Notes: generated by a model not told the origin, from the sequence alone. DNA of 64,000 bases from Bariatricus sp. (GCA_034176745.1 JAXFTO010000057.1:6442-70441), one strand, 5' to 3'; numbered from the stretch's first letter, positions 35,951 through 46,563 are shown. Translations and numbers: made by a program.

Positions 35951-36871
35951 CTAATCCACGTGGATATCAAGCAAGGTCAGAATCAGTGCCATACGTACAT
36001 AGACACCGTACTGTACCTGTTTGAAATAAGCGGCTCTTGGATCTTCATCAACTTCAACAGAAATCTCATTTACTCTTGGAAGCGGATGGAGCACCAGCAT
36101 ATCCGGCGGTGCAAGTTCCATTTTTGCTTTGTCAAGAATATAGAAATCTTTCATGCGCACGTAATCTTCTTCGTTGAAGAAACGTTCTTTCTGTACACGT
36201 GTCATATAGAGAAGATCAAGCTCCGGAAGAGCTTCTTCCAGACGAACCACTTCTTGATATGGGATGTTCTGTTTGTCAAGAACGTCATGTCTTACATATC
36301 CCGGAAGACGAAGTTCTTCCGGTGAGATCAGAACAAATTCAATATCTTCATAGCGTGCAAGTGCGTTGATCAGTGAATGAACGGTACGGCCGAACTTTAA
36401 GTCGCCGCAAAGACCGATTTTCAAATGGTTCAGACGTCCTTTCAAAGAACGAATGGTCAATAAATCGGTAAGAGTCTGGGTAGGATGCTGATGTCCGCCG
36501 TCACCTGCGTTGATTACAGGAATTGTAGCATGCTGGCAGGCAACCATCGGTGCGCCTTCCTTCGGATGGCGGATCGCACAAATATCTGCATAGCAGGAAA
36601 TCATTCGAATTGTGTCAGAAACACTTTCTCCCTTTGCAGCAGAGCTGGATGAGGCTGAAGAAAATCCCATGATACTTCCCCCGAGATTTAGCATCGCAGC
36701 TTCATGGCTGAGTCGTGTACGGGTGCTTGGCTCATAAAATAAGGTAGCAAGCTTCTTACCGTCACAAGCATGCGCATACTTCTTCGGATTTGCTTCAATG
36801 TCGTTTGCCAGATCCATGAGTTTGTCAAGTTCTTCGACTGAAAAATCTAATGGACTCATTAAATGTCTCAT
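35951..36871 (-). CDS. pyrB: Aspartate carbamoyltransferase catalytic subunit
   Basis: STRTR and HPTQ motifs, LHPLPR, and full-length PyrB similarity. Confidence 0.95.
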   Translation of the reverse strand: MRHLMSPLDFSVEELDKLMDLANDIEANPKKYAHACDGKKLATLFYEPSTRTRLSHEAAMLNLGGSIMGFSSASSSSAAKGESVSDTIRMISCYADICAIRHPKEGAPMVACQHATIPVINAGDGGHQHPTQTLTDLLTIRSLKGRLNHLKIGLCGDLKFGRTVHSLINALARYEDIEFVLISPEELRLPGYVRHDVLDKQNIPYQEVVRLEEALPELDLLYMTRVQKERFFNEEDYVRMKDFYILDKAKMELAPPDMLVLHPLPRVNEISVEVDEDPRAAYFKQVQYGVYVRMALILTLLDIHVD

Positions 36872-37109
36872 GTAGGAAACCTCCTTTATTTACACCGGAA
36901 AGAGTATTTATATTCCGGAGTTTATCGTATTCTCCAATATAATATACTAAATCAAATTACTTTTCAATAAGGATTTTTTATTATTGCGTGATATATGTAA
37001 TAAGAAACGTGAAAGAACTGGATTTTATAAAAAAAATATATTATAATGTCCAAGCAGGAAGTAAATACGTTTTTATTAAATAGATGAATACAGAGAAGGA
37101 GATCCCATT

Positions 37110-38240
37110 ATGGAAACATTACTGGAGATGAGACAGCAGCTGGATGAGATCGACAGCCAGATCACACAGCTTTATGAAAGACGAATGGAAATATGCGGGC
37201 ATGTTGCAGATTATAAGATAAAGAACGGGAAAAAGGTGCTTGACAGAACCAGAGAGAATGAAAAATTGGCTGCGGTGTCTGAAATGGCTTCCTCAGATTT
37301 TAATAAAAAAGGAATCCGTGAGCTCTTTGAACAGTTGATGTCTATGAGCAGAAAACTGCAGTATCAGAAACTTTCAGAAGAAGGCGTACTTGGGAGGCTT
37401 CCGTTTATTGCGATGGATGAACTGGATACGAAGGGCGCCAGAGTGGTATTCCAGGGAGTAGAAGGGGCTTACAGTCAGGCTGCTCTTGAAAAGTATTTTG
37501 GAGAAGGACAGAAAAGTTTCCATGTGCCGACATTCCGTGATGCGATGAGTGCAATCGAAGAAGGAACGGCAGATTATGCCGTACTTCCGATCGAGAACTC
37601 AACAGCGGGGGCCGTTGACCAGGTGTACGATCTTCTTGTAGAATTTGAGAATTATATTGTAGGTGAAGTGATTCTTCCGGTGCGCCATCAGCTTGCCGGC
37701 CTTCCGGGAGTAAAGCTTTCACAGATCAAGAGGGTCTATTCCCATCCGCAGGGACTGATGCAAAGCGCAAAATTCCTTGATAATTTCGGCGACTGGCAGC
37801 AGATCAGCGTTGCAAACACAGCGGTAGCGGCGAAGAAAGTACTGGACGATAACAATCCGGTACAGGCAGCAGTCTGCAGCGAGCTGGCTGCAAAGCTTTA
37901 CGGACTTGAGATTCTGGAACAGGACATTAATGCAGAATCGGACAATTCCACAAGATTTATTGTGGTCACAAATCAGAAGATCTTTTTGAAAAATGCTTCC
38001 AAGATCAGTATTTGCCTGGAGATCCCGCATGAGAGCGGATCATTGTACCATTTACTGTCGCATTTTATTTATAATGATCTCAACATGACGAAGATTGAAT
38101 CCCGCCCGATTGAAGGAAGAAGCTTTGAATATCGTTTCTTCGTGGATTTCGAGGGAAATCTTGCGGATCCGGCAGTAAAGAATGCGATCAGAGGACTAAG
38201 AGAAGAAGCACTGAATCTGAAAATTCTTGGAAATTATTAA
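37110..38240 (+). CDS. pheA: Bifunctional chorismate mutase / prephenate dehydratase
   Basis: N-terminal CM_2 helix bundle (LR..IDEID..I..L...R), a PDT domain, and a C-terminal ACT domain with the ESRP motif. Confidence 0.9.
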   Translation: METLLEMRQQLDEIDSQITQLYERRMEICGHVADYKIKNGKKVLDRTRENEKLAAVSEMASSDFNKKGIRELFEQLMSMSRKLQYQKLSEEGVLGRLPFIAMDELDTKGARVVFQGVEGAYSQAALEKYFGEGQKSFHVPTFRDAMSAIEEGTADYAVLPIENSTAGAVDQVYDLLVEFENYIVGEVILPVRHQLAGLPGVKLSQIKRVYSHPQGLMQSAKFLDNFGDWQQISVANTAVAAKKVLDDNNPVQAAVCSELAAKLYGLEILEQDINAESDNSTRFIVVTNQKIFLKNASKISICLEIPHESGSLYHLLSHFIYNDLNMTKIESRPIEGRSFEYRFFVDFEGNLADPAVKNAIRGLREEALNLKILGNY

Positions 38241-38264
38241 AACTGCGAAAGAAGGAAACGAAAA

Positions 38265-39554
38265 ATGAGAACGAATGAGCTTGTATTATATAAATATATG
38301 GAACACGATGACCTGCTGCGCGACATGACTTTTCTGATTGAGAATGCAGATAATGAGTACTACAATAAAGAAGACATGAAAGGTCTTTTATATGAATGTC
38401 TGAATGAAATGATCGAGCTGGCAAGCAGCTATGGATTTGAGGGGAACCTTTGGCACAATTTCTTGACCTTTCTTCTTGCAAACAGTGAAAATGCATATAG
38501 TACAGCATGTGAGATCGTTGGAGAAGTAGAAGGAAGTGTCAATGCGGCAGCTCTTCATGACTTTGAAATCTTTAAAGAATTGTTTGATTATGATCTCCAC
38601 AAAATGGAAGAGCAGATCGGAACAAACTGCATTTTCATGATTGAGGATTATCATCAGACAAACGCTCACGGTAAAGTGTTTAATAAAAGAATCCGTGACA
38701 GAATCTGCGATCTGTCAAGAACGCTGGGACAGGCAGACTCTGCAGAAGAATTTAAGTCTATCGTGACAGGATTTTACAAAGAATTCGGTGTGGGAAAACT
38801 GGGACTTCATAAAGCGTTCCGTGTAGAACATGACGAGAATGGAGTACAGATCGTTCCTATCACAAAGATTGCCCATGTACATTTGGACGATCTTGTGGGA
38901 TATGAGATGGCAAAACAGAAACTGATCGATAATACGGAAGCATTTGTAAGCGGAAAACGTGCAAATAACTGTCTTCTTTTTGGCGATGCGGGAACAGGAA
39001 AGTCTTCTTCTATCAAAGCAATCCTGAACCAGTATTATGACAGAGGGCTTCGAATGATCGAGGTGTATAAACACCAGTTCCAGGATCTGAATGATGTGAT
39101 CACCCAGATCAAGAATAGAAATTACAAATTTATTATTTATATGGATGATCTGTCTTTTGAAGAATTTGAAATAGAATATAAATATTTGAAAGCCGTAATT
39201 GAAGGCGGTCTGGAAAAGAAGCCGGATAATATTCTGATCTATGCGACCTCCAACAGAAGACATCTTATCCGCGAGACATTTAAAGATAAGGCAGACCGGG
39301 ATGAAGAACTGCACACCAATGATACGGTCCAGGAAAAGCTGTCCCTTGTTGCAAGATTCGGCGTGACGATCTACTTTGGAAAACCGGATAAGAAGGAATT
39401 TCAGAAGATCGTAAAATCTCTGGCTGAAAGGAACGGTCTTACGATTCCGGAGGACGAGCTGTTTTTGGAAGCAAACAAGTGGGAACTTAGCCACGGGGGA
39501 CTTAGCGGAAGAACGGCGCAGCAGTTTATCGATTATCTGCTTGGAAAAGCATAG
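38265..39554 (+). CDS. DUF815-type AAA+ ATPase with ~200-aa N-terminal extension
   Basis: Walker A LLFGDAGTGKSS and Walker B IIYMDDLSF. The C-terminal half matches the DUF815 architecture. Begins 24 nt after the pheA stop. Confidence 0.7.
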   Translation: MRTNELVLYKYMEHDDLLRDMTFLIENADNEYYNKEDMKGLLYECLNEMIELASSYGFEGNLWHNFLTFLLANSENAYSTACEIVGEVEGSVNAAALHDFEIFKELFDYDLHKMEEQIGTNCIFMIEDYHQTNAHGKVFNKRIRDRICDLSRTLGQADSAEEFKSIVTGFYKEFGVGKLGLHKAFRVEHDENGVQIVPITKIAHVHLDDLVGYEMAKQKLIDNTEAFVSGKRANNCLLFGDAGTGKSSSIKAILNQYYDRGLRMIEVYKHQFQDLNDVITQIKNRNYKFIIYMDDLSFEEFEIEYKYLKAVIEGGLEKKPDNILIYATSNRRHLIRETFKDKADRDEELHTNDTVQEKLSLVARFGVTIYFGKPDKKEFQKIVKSLAERNGLTIPEDELFLEANKWELSHGGLSGRTAQQFIDYLLGKA

Positions 39555-39636
39555 GAAGCTTGCGCTTTAGTGCGGGACTTGTTATACTGAAATTTAATGA
39601 GTCATGGAAGGAAAAATCTATCAGGGAGATTATCAT

Positions 39637-40590
39637 ATGAAGTGGAATAAATTCAGATTAAAAACGACAACTGAGGCGGAGGATATTGTCAGCAGCATGT
39701 TGATGGATCTTGGAATCCAGGGGATTGAGATTGAAGATAATATTCCGATGAGCCAGAAAGAAAAGGAGCAGATGTTCGTAGATATCCTGCCGGAAACTGG
39801 TGTTGATGACGGTGTTGCCTATATCAGCTTTTATCTGGAAGAAGAGGATGATAAAGAAGAGGTTCTTGCAAATGTGCGTGCAGAACTGGAAGAGATGCGC
39901 TCCTATGTGGAAGTTGGAAGCGGAACCATCGAAGAGTCACAGACGGAGGATGTGGACTGGGTGAATAATTGGAAGAAGTATTTTCACCAGTTTTATGTGG
40001 ATGATATTCTGATCATTCCGTCCTGGGAAGATGTGAAGCCGGAAGATGAGAACAAGATGATCGTGCATATTGATCCTGGAACTGCATTTGGAACCGGTAT
40101 GCATGAGACAACGCAGCTTTGCATCCGTCAGATCCGCAAGTATATAACGAAAGATACAACGATCCTCGATGTCGGCTGTGGTAGCGGAATTCTGGGAATG
40201 CTTGCCCTGATGTTCGGGGCAAAATATTCTGTGGGAACCGATCTTGATCCATGCGCAATTGACGCAACACATGAGAATATGCAGGTCAATGGAATTTCAG
40301 AAGACCGTTATGAAGTGATGATCGGCAATATTATTGACGATAAATCGGTTCAGGATAAAGTGGGCTATGGAAAATATGATATCGTTGCCGCAAATATTCT
40401 TGCAGATGTTCTGGTGCCGCTTACCCCTGTGATCGTGAACCAGTTAAAAACGGGCGGAATTTATATTACAAGCGGAATTATTGATGATAAAGAAGAAACG
40501 GTAGTAAATGCAGTGAAGGCGGCAGGACTTGAGGTGCTTGAAGTAAATTATCAGGGAGAATGGGTTTCTGTAACTGCAAGGAAAAACTAG
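39637..40590 (+). CDS. prmA: Ribosomal protein L11 methyltransferase
   Basis: PrmA N-terminal domain plus SAM motif LDVGCGSGIL. prmA-rsmE order is conserved. Start trimmed to the ATG at 39637. Confidence 0.9.
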   Translation: MKWNKFRLKTTTEAEDIVSSMLMDLGIQGIEIEDNIPMSQKEKEQMFVDILPETGVDDGVAYISFYLEEEDDKEEVLANVRAELEEMRSYVEVGSGTIEESQTEDVDWVNNWKKYFHQFYVDDILIIPSWEDVKPEDENKMIVHIDPGTAFGTGMHETTQLCIRQIRKYITKDTTILDVGCGSGILGMLALMFGAKYSVGTDLDPCAIDATHENMQVNGISEDRYEVMIGNIIDDKSVQDKVGYGKYDIVAANILADVLVPLTPVIVNQLKTGGIYITSGIIDDKEETVVNAVKAAGLEVLEVNYQGEWVSVTARKN

Positions 40591-40606
40591 ACAAGGCGGA
40601 GAGAAG

Positions 40607-41350
40607 ATGCATCATTTTTTTGTGACACCTGATCAGGTGAGTGAGGAATCTATTTATATTGAAGGCCAGGATGTGAACCACATGAAGAATGTTCTGCGCA
40701 TGAAAATCGGGGAACAGGTGGGAATCAGTGATGGAAATAACCTGAAATACGTCTGTGAAGTCGCTTCTTATGAAGAAAAAAAGGCAGTTCTGAGAATCCT
40801 TGAAAGAATGGAAGCCGATACAGAACTTGAGTCAAAGTTGTATTTATTCCAGGGACTTCCCAAAGCAGATAAGATGGAACTGATCGTTCAAAAAGCAGTG
40901 GAGCTTGGTGCGTTTGAGGTGATTCCGGTGGTGACGAAGCGTTCTGTTGTGAAGCTTGATGACAAGAAAGCTGTCAAAAAAGTGGAACGTTGGAACAGTA
41001 TTTCAGAAAGCGCTGCAAAGCAGGCCGGACGAAGCCGTATTCCGGAGGTGAAAATGCCACTCTCTTTTAAAGAGGCGCTGAAAAAAGCATCTGATCTGGA
41101 TGTGCTTCTTATTCCGTATGAACTGGCTGACGGTATGGAAAAAACCAGACAGCTCATCCGGTCGATTGAAAACGGACAGTCAGTGGGAATCTTTATCGGC
41201 CCTGAAGGCGGTTTTGAAGCAGAAGAAGTGGAAGAAGCAGTAAAAGCCGGAGCAAATGAAGTGACGTTAGGAAGACGAATCTTAAGAACCGAGACGGCAG
41301 GACTTGCAATCCTTTCTGTGCTGATGTTTGAGCTGGAAGGAAAGGCGTAA
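40607..41350 (+). CDS. rsmE: 16S rRNA (uracil1498-N3)-methyltransferase
   Basis: MHHFFV...H...VLR N-terminus (PUA-like) and a SPOUT C-terminus (IGPEGGF...E......LG.RILR.ETA). Confidence 0.9.
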   Translation: MHHFFVTPDQVSEESIYIEGQDVNHMKNVLRMKIGEQVGISDGNNLKYVCEVASYEEKKAVLRILERMEADTELESKLYLFQGLPKADKMELIVQKAVELGAFEVIPVVTKRSVVKLDDKKAVKKVERWNSISESAAKQAGRSRIPEVKMPLSFKEALKKASDLDVLLIPYELADGMEKTRQLIRSIENGQSVGIFIGPEGGFEAEEVEEAVKAGANEVTLGRRILRTETAGLAILSVLMFELEGKA

Positions 41351-41438
41351 ACAGAAGGCCGGAAAAGGATTCCATATGACAGGATTTACAAAGAATGCAT
41401 AAGATATATAGTGAGAAAGAATTTAGGAGACGATAGAA

Positions 41439-42596
41439 ATGGAAGTTTATCTGGATAATTCAGCGACAACCAGAGCATATGAAAGTGTCCGGGACATCGT
41501 CGCAAAGACGATGTGCGAAGATTACGGTAATCCATCATCTATGCACAAAAAAGGCGTGGAGGCGGAACGCTATGTACGCGGTGCAAGAGAGACACTTGCG
41601 AAGCTTTTAAAAGTGCAGGAAAAGGAGATATTTTTCACTTCAGGCGGCACAGAGAGTGATAATCTGGCACTGATCGGAGGAGCGAGGGCCAATCACCGCG
41701 CCGGAAAGCATCTTATCACAACTTCGATTGAGCATCCGGCGATTTTGAATACAATGCGATATCTGGAAGAAGAGGAAGGATATCGGATTACTTATCTTCC
41801 GGTCGATATGTATGGAAGAGTAAGACTTGACGCGCTTAAGGAGGCGCTCTGTCCGGAGACGATTCTGGTATCAATCATGTATGTGAATAATGAAGTGGGA
41901 TCTGTTCAGCCGATTGAGGAAGCTGCAAGAATCGTGAAAACCTATAACCGGAATATCCTCTTTCATGTAGATGCGGTGCAGGGATTTGGGAAATACAGAA
42001 TTTATCCGAAAAAGACAGGAATCGATCTGCTTTCTGTCAGCGGACATAAGATTCACGGACCAAAAGGAATCGGATTTATATATATTAACGAAAAAGCGAA
42101 AGTAAAACCGATCATTTTCGGAGGCGAGCAGCAGAAAAATATGCGGTCAGGAACGGAAAATGTGCCGGGGATTGCGGGAATTGCACAGGCTGCGAAAGAA
42201 TGCTATACCGATTTAGATAAAAAGATCGCACGTATGCGTGCATTGAAGCAAAGATTCATTGAAGGGGTAAGCCAGATTGAGCATACGAAGATCCACGGGC
42301 TTTTTGACGAGACGAGCGCGCCTCACATCATCAGTGTGGGATTTGCCGGAATCCGAAGCGAGGTCCTTCTTCACACTCTGGAAAGCAAGGGGATTTATGT
42401 GTCATCCGGTTCGGCGTGCTCTTCCAATCATCCGGCAGTAAGCGGGGTCCTTAAGGGAATCGGAACGGGAAAAGAATACCTCGATTCCACACTGAGATTC
42501 AGTATGTCGGAATTTACAACAGAAGAAGAAATTGACTATACACTGCAAACATTATATAATTGTGTACCAATGCTTAGAAAATACACACGCCATTAG
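41439..42596 (+). CDS. Cysteine desulfurase (NifS/IscS family)
   Basis: Class-V aminotransferase with SGHKI.GPKG (PLP lysine) and the SSGSACSS active-site cysteine loop. Lies directly upstream of thiI. Confidence 0.9.
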   Translation: MEVYLDNSATTRAYESVRDIVAKTMCEDYGNPSSMHKKGVEAERYVRGARETLAKLLKVQEKEIFFTSGGTESDNLALIGGARANHRAGKHLITTSIEHPAILNTMRYLEEEEGYRITYLPVDMYGRVRLDALKEALCPETILVSIMYVNNEVGSVQPIEEAARIVKTYNRNILFHVDAVQGFGKYRIYPKKTGIDLLSVSGHKIHGPKGIGFIYINEKAKVKPIIFGGEQQKNMRSGTENVPGIAGIAQAAKECYTDLDKKIARMRALKQRFIEGVSQIEHTKIHGLFDETSAPHIISVGFAGIRSEVLLHTLESKGIYVSSGSACSSNHPAVSGVLKGIGTGKEYLDSTLRFSMSEFTTEEEIDYTLQTLYNCVPMLRKYTRH

Positions 42597-42602
42597 GAGG
42601 AA

Positions 42603-43787
42603 ATGATGAAGTTTCAAACTTATTTGATAAAATATGGAGAGATCGGAATTAAAGGAAAAAACCGCTATATGTTTGAAGATGCACTGGTCCGTCAGGTCAG
42701 ATTCGCACTTCGTGATGTGGAGGGGGATTTCCATGTATACAAATCCCAGGCACGTGTTTACGTGGACTGTGAAGGTGAGTATGATTCAGACGAAGTGACA
42801 GAAGCACTTCAGAGAGTATTTGGTATTGTGGGAATCTGTCCGGTTGTCAGAGTAGAGGACCGCGGTTTTGAAGAACTGAAAAAAGATGTGGTCGCTTATA
42901 TGGATGAGATGTATCCGGATAAGAATATCACTTTTAAAGTAGAATCGAGAAGGGCTAAGAAAACTTACCCTAAAAAATCCATGGAAATCAACCGTGATCT
43001 GGGCGAAGCGATTCTTTATGCATTCCCGGAAATCCGTGTGGATGTGCATGAACCGGATGTTCTTCTTCGCGTAGAAGTCCGCGATGAGATTTATATTTAT
43101 TCGGAGATTATCCCGGGACCGGGTGGAATGCCGATTGGAACCAATGGAAAGGCAATGCTTCTTCTTTCGGGTGGAATCGACAGTCCTGTTGCAGGATATA
43201 TGATCTCAAAGAGAGGTGTCGGTCTTGAGGCAACCTATTTCCATGCACCGCCGTACACAAGTGAGAGAGCAAAACAGAAGGTCATTGATCTTGCAAAGCT
43301 TGTATCAAAGTACACTGGACCGATCAAACTTCATGTTGTAAACTTTACAGATATTCAGCTCTATATTTATGAGAAATGTCCGCACGACGAACTTACGATC
43401 ATCATGCGCAGATATATGATGAGAATTGCCGAGCATTTTGCAAAACAGAGCGATTGCCTGGGCCTTATTACAGGAGAAAGTATTGGTCAGGTGGCAAGTC
43501 AGACCATGCAGAGTCTTGCGGCAACCAACGATGTATGTACGCTTCCGGTCTATCGTCCGCTGATCGGATTTGACAAACAAGAAATAGTAGAAGTAGCAGA
43601 GAAAATCAATACGTACGAAACTTCGATTCTTCCATATGAAGATTGCTGTACGATTTTCGTGGCAAAGCATCCGGTCACAAAGCCGAATATAGAAGTGATC
43701 AGAAAATCAGAAGAAAAACTGGCAGAAAGAATAGATCAGCTTTTTGAAGAGGCTGTGAATACAGTTGAGACAATTGTAGTAAAATAA
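42603..43787 (+). CDS. thiI: tRNA 4-thiouridine(8) synthase ThiI
   Basis: N-terminal ferredoxin-like/THUMP region (KYGEI.IKGKNR) and the PP-loop SGGIDSPVA. Confidence 0.9.
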   Translation: MMKFQTYLIKYGEIGIKGKNRYMFEDALVRQVRFALRDVEGDFHVYKSQARVYVDCEGEYDSDEVTEALQRVFGIVGICPVVRVEDRGFEELKKDVVAYMDEMYPDKNITFKVESRRAKKTYPKKSMEINRDLGEAILYAFPEIRVDVHEPDVLLRVEVRDEIYIYSEIIPGPGGMPIGTNGKAMLLLSGGIDSPVAGYMISKRGVGLEATYFHAPPYTSERAKQKVIDLAKLVSKYTGPIKLHVVNFTDIQLYIYEKCPHDELTIIMRRYMMRIAEHFAKQSDCLGLITGESIGQVASQTMQSLAATNDVCTLPVYRPLIGFDKQEIVEVAEKINTYETSILPYEDCCTIFVAKHPVTKPNIEVIRKSEEKLAERIDQLFEEAVNTVETIVVK

Positions 43788-43820
43788 AAATAAGGGGCGT
43801 ACATCGTACGTCCCTGCTTT
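43781..43820. terminator. Hairpin between thiI (+) and the HPr-like gene (-); better terminator on the minus strand
   Basis: GGGGCGTAC-ATC-GTACGTCCC stem. There is an A-rich run upstream (U-run for the minus transcript) and only TGCTTT downstream. Confidence 0.6.
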
Positions 43821-43829
43821 CAATCAGTA

Positions 43830-44063
43830 TTATACCAAATACGGATTCAGGATCTCAAGAATGCGGTCAGCGTCTTCGTTCTCAGCATGAATGTTGAGGT
43901 CAATCGGCTTTGAAAGATCCAGGCTGAAGATACCCATGATAGATTTGGCATCAATAACGTATCTTCCTGATACAAGATCAAAATCATAATCAAACTTTGT
44001 GATTTCATTTACAAAAGATTTAACTTTGTCGATTGAATTTAAAGAAATCTGTACTGTTTTCAT
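43830..44063 (-). CDS. HPr-family (Crh-like) protein lacking the His15 phosphorylation site
   Basis: 77 aa. The region around Ser46 is conserved (IDAKSIMGIFSL), but the GIHARPA segment is replaced by SIDKVKS. Confidence 0.7.
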   Translation of the reverse strand: MKTVQISLNSIDKVKSFVNEITKFDYDFDLVSGRYVIDAKSIMGIFSLDLSKPIDLNIHAENEDADRILEILNPYLV

Positions 44064-44196
44064 GTGAAAGTTCCTCCTTGAATTGAATTTATATAGATAT
44101 ATTATAGTTTGTATATGGAATTGTCAAGGAATAAAACGACGAAGAAAACGTAAATTTTTTGTTAAATCTTATTAAGTGTGAAGGTGGGAAAAACAG

Positions 44197-45522
44197 ATGA
44201 AAAGAGCAGCATTACACAATCTGGGCTGTAAAGTAAATGCATATGAAACGGAGGCTATGCAGGAGCTTCTTGAGAAGAACGGATATCAGATTGTTCCGTT
44301 CCAGGATGAGGCGGATATTTACATTATCAATACCTGCTCCGTCACAAATATTGCGGACAGAAAATCAAGGCAGATGATCCACCGCGCCAGGAAACAGAAT
44401 CCTGATGCAGTGATTGTGGCTGCCGGATGTTATGTGCAGGCCCGTACGGATGCGGGGGAGACAGATGAGAATATTGACATTGTCATTGGCAATAATAAGA
44501 AACAGGAGCTGATTGGAATTCTGGATGATTATTTTGCAAAAAAAGAAAAACATCAGCAGGTGGAAGTGATCGACATCAATCACACTGATGAGTATGAAGA
44601 ACTGGGACTATCAAGAACTGCGGAGCATACCAGAGCTTACCTTAAAGTACAGGACGGATGCAACCAGTTCTGCACGTACTGCATCATTCCATATGCAAGA
44701 GGTCGGGTGCGAAGCAGAAAGAAGGAGGATGTGGTAAGAGAAGTGGAAGCTCTTGCGGTAAACGGTTACTGCGAGGTTGTGCTTACCGGCATTCATCTCA
44801 GTTCCTACGGTGTGGATTTGAAAGATGAGAACGGAAATCAGGCAGAAGATCTTCTTTCTCTGATCCGTGCGGTTCATGAAGTGAAAGGAATCAGCCGGAT
44901 TCGTCTGGGATCTCTGGAGCCGAGAATCATCACCGAAGAATTTACAAGAGAAATTGCGGGACTTGAAAAAATCTGTCCGCATTTTCATTTGTCACTACAG
45001 AGTGGATGCGATGCGACCCTGAAACGCATGAACCGGCGTTACAGTGCAGATGAGTATTATGAGAAATGCTGCCTGCTCAGAAAGTATTTCAAGGATCCGG
45101 CACTTACAACGGATGTGATCGTTGGTTTTCCGGGGGAAACGGAAGAAGAATTTGAAGAGTCCATGAAATTTGTCGATAAAGTTAATTTTTACGAGACACA
45201 TATCTTTAAATATTCGAAGCGCCGGGGAACGAAGGCGGCAGAAATGAACGGCCAGATCACAGAAAAGGAAAAGGCGGGAAGAAGTTTCATTTTGCAGGAA
45301 CTGAATGAAAAAAAACAGAAGCAGTATGAAGAAAAATGGGTTGGAAAAGAAGTGGAAGTCCTTTTTGAAGAAGTTTCTTCAAAAGACGGTAAGAAGATGA
45401 TAACCGGACATACCAGAGAATATCTCAGAGTTTCCGTGCCTTGTACGGAAAATGGAGAGGAAAACTGGACCAATCATCTTAAGAAAATCAAAATTGTGGA
45501 TATTTCACAAATTACTCATTGA
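44197..45522 (+). CDS. mtaB: tRNA t6A37 methylthiotransferase MtaB
   Basis: N-terminal UPF0004 cysteines (GCKVN...NTC), radical-SAM CNQFCTYC, and a C-terminal TRAM-like region. Confidence 0.9.
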   Translation: MKRAALHNLGCKVNAYETEAMQELLEKNGYQIVPFQDEADIYIINTCSVTNIADRKSRQMIHRARKQNPDAVIVAAGCYVQARTDAGETDENIDIVIGNNKKQELIGILDDYFAKKEKHQQVEVIDINHTDEYEELGLSRTAEHTRAYLKVQDGCNQFCTYCIIPYARGRVRSRKKEDVVREVEALAVNGYCEVVLTGIHLSSYGVDLKDENGNQAEDLLSLIRAVHEVKGISRIRLGSLEPRIITEEFTREIAGLEKICPHFHLSLQSGCDATLKRMNRRYSADEYYEKCCLLRKYFKDPALTTDVIVGFPGETEEEFEESMKFVDKVNFYETHIFKYSKRRGTKAAEMNGQITEKEKAGRSFILQELNEKKQKQYEEKWVGKEVEVLFEEVSSKDGKKMITGHTREYLRVSVPCTENGEENWTNHLKKIKIVDISQITH

Positions 45523-45574
45523 ATTTTATTGCAGTATATATTAGAATGAGTATTGAAGTATTGGAGGTCGTAAG

Positions 45575-45832
45575 ATGAAGAATTTATCGAATACACAATT
45601 TTTTCAGGTGGAAGCCGGACCACAGATTCAGGCAAAAGATATTCTTGAAATTGTTTATAATGCTTTAGTAGAGAAGGGATATAATCCAGTGAATCAGATT
45701 GTAGGATACATTATGTCAGGTGATCCTACATACATCACCAGCTACAATGGAGCAAGAAGCCTTGTCATGAAGGTGGAACGTGATGAGATTGTAGAAGAAT
45801 TACTGAAGGCATATATTAAGAATGAATTATAG
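45575..45832 (+). CDS. ireB: IreB-family regulatory phosphoprotein (UPF0297/YrzL)
   Basis: 85 aa with the GYNP.NQIVGY..SGDP.YIT motif. The order ireB-ruvX-DUF1292 mirrors Bacillus yrzL-yrrK-yrzB. Confidence 0.8.
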   Translation: MKNLSNTQFFQVEAGPQIQAKDILEIVYNALVEKGYNPVNQIVGYIMSGDPTYITSYNGARSLVMKVERDEIVEELLKAYIKNEL

Positions 45833-45845
45833 GATGGCTTAGTTT

Positions 45846-46304
45846 ATGCGGATTATGGGACTGGATTACGGTACGAAGACTGTGGGGGTCGCAATAAGCG
45901 ACCCGCTGGGCATCACAGCACAGGCCGTAGAGACAATTGTACGCAAATCGGAGAACAAGCTCAGACAGACACTTGCAAGAATCGAGGCACTTGCGAAAGA
46001 GTATGAAGTTGAGAAGTTTGTGCTTGGTCTACCAAAACATATGAATAATGATATCGGAGAACGGGCAGAAAAAGCGATGGAATTTGGTGAGATGCTTCGT
46101 CGGCGGACCGGCCTTGAGGTCGTGATGTGGGACGAGCGCCTTACCACGGCATCAGCAGAGCGAACATTGATGGAAACAGGAATACGAAGAGAGAACCGCA
46201 AGCAGTACGTGGATCAGATTGCGGCTGTTTTTATATTGCAGGGATTTTTGGATTCGCTTGCGATGCAGAAGGACCCGGACGAGGGAGAAGAAGTGTATGA
46301 GTAG
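45846..46304 (+). CDS. ruvX: Holliday-junction resolvase-like nuclease RuvX (YqgF)
   Basis: R.MGLDYG.K.VGVA.SD N-terminus and DER.T. motif. Confidence 0.9.
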   Translation: MRIMGLDYGTKTVGVAISDPLGITAQAVETIVRKSENKLRQTLARIEALAKEYEVEKFVLGLPKHMNNDIGERAEKAMEFGEMLRRRTGLEVVMWDERLTTASAERTLMETGIRRENRKQYVDQIAAVFILQGFLDSLAMQKDPDEGEEVYE

Positions 46305-46563
46305 TGAGAAACTGGTTTTTACGTATGAAGATAGTGATGAACAGGTAGAGTTTTATATTCTTGAGCAGACGAAGCTGAATGGTAATACTTATTTATTGGT
46401 TGCGGATTCAGAAGATGATGATGCCGAATGCCTGATACTGAAGGATACAAGTGCGCCTGAAGACGAAGACAGTGTATACGAGATTACAGAGGATGAAGTA
46501 GAACTCGAAGCTGTACTGAAAGTGTTTGAAGAATTACTGGAGGATGTGGATATCGAGATGTAA
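46297..46563 (+). CDS. DUF1292 (YrzB-like) acidic small protein
   Basis: 88 aa, very acidic, with the ...F.ILE......Y.LL... pattern. Its ATG at 46297 overlaps the ruvX stop by 8 nt. Confidence 0.75.
   Translation: MSSEKLVFTYEDSDEQVEFYILEQTKLNGNTYLLVADSEDDDAECLILKDTSAPEDEDSVYEITEDEVELEAVLKVFEELLEDVDIEM

Noticed and set aside
36872-36960. PyrR-type attenuator in the pyrB leader
   Set aside because: Only a 6-bp CCGGAA/TTCCGG hairpin is present. There is no PyrR binding-loop consensus and no U-tract.
38715-39494. A 259-codon antisense ORF inside the DUF815 ATPase gene. Similar long antisense frames occur at 15354-16097, 10576-11277, 32490-33167, 33204-33794 and 52353-52973.
   Set aside because: All lie opposite sense genes with clear motifs, all lack SD sequences, and all look like mirror-frame artefacts.
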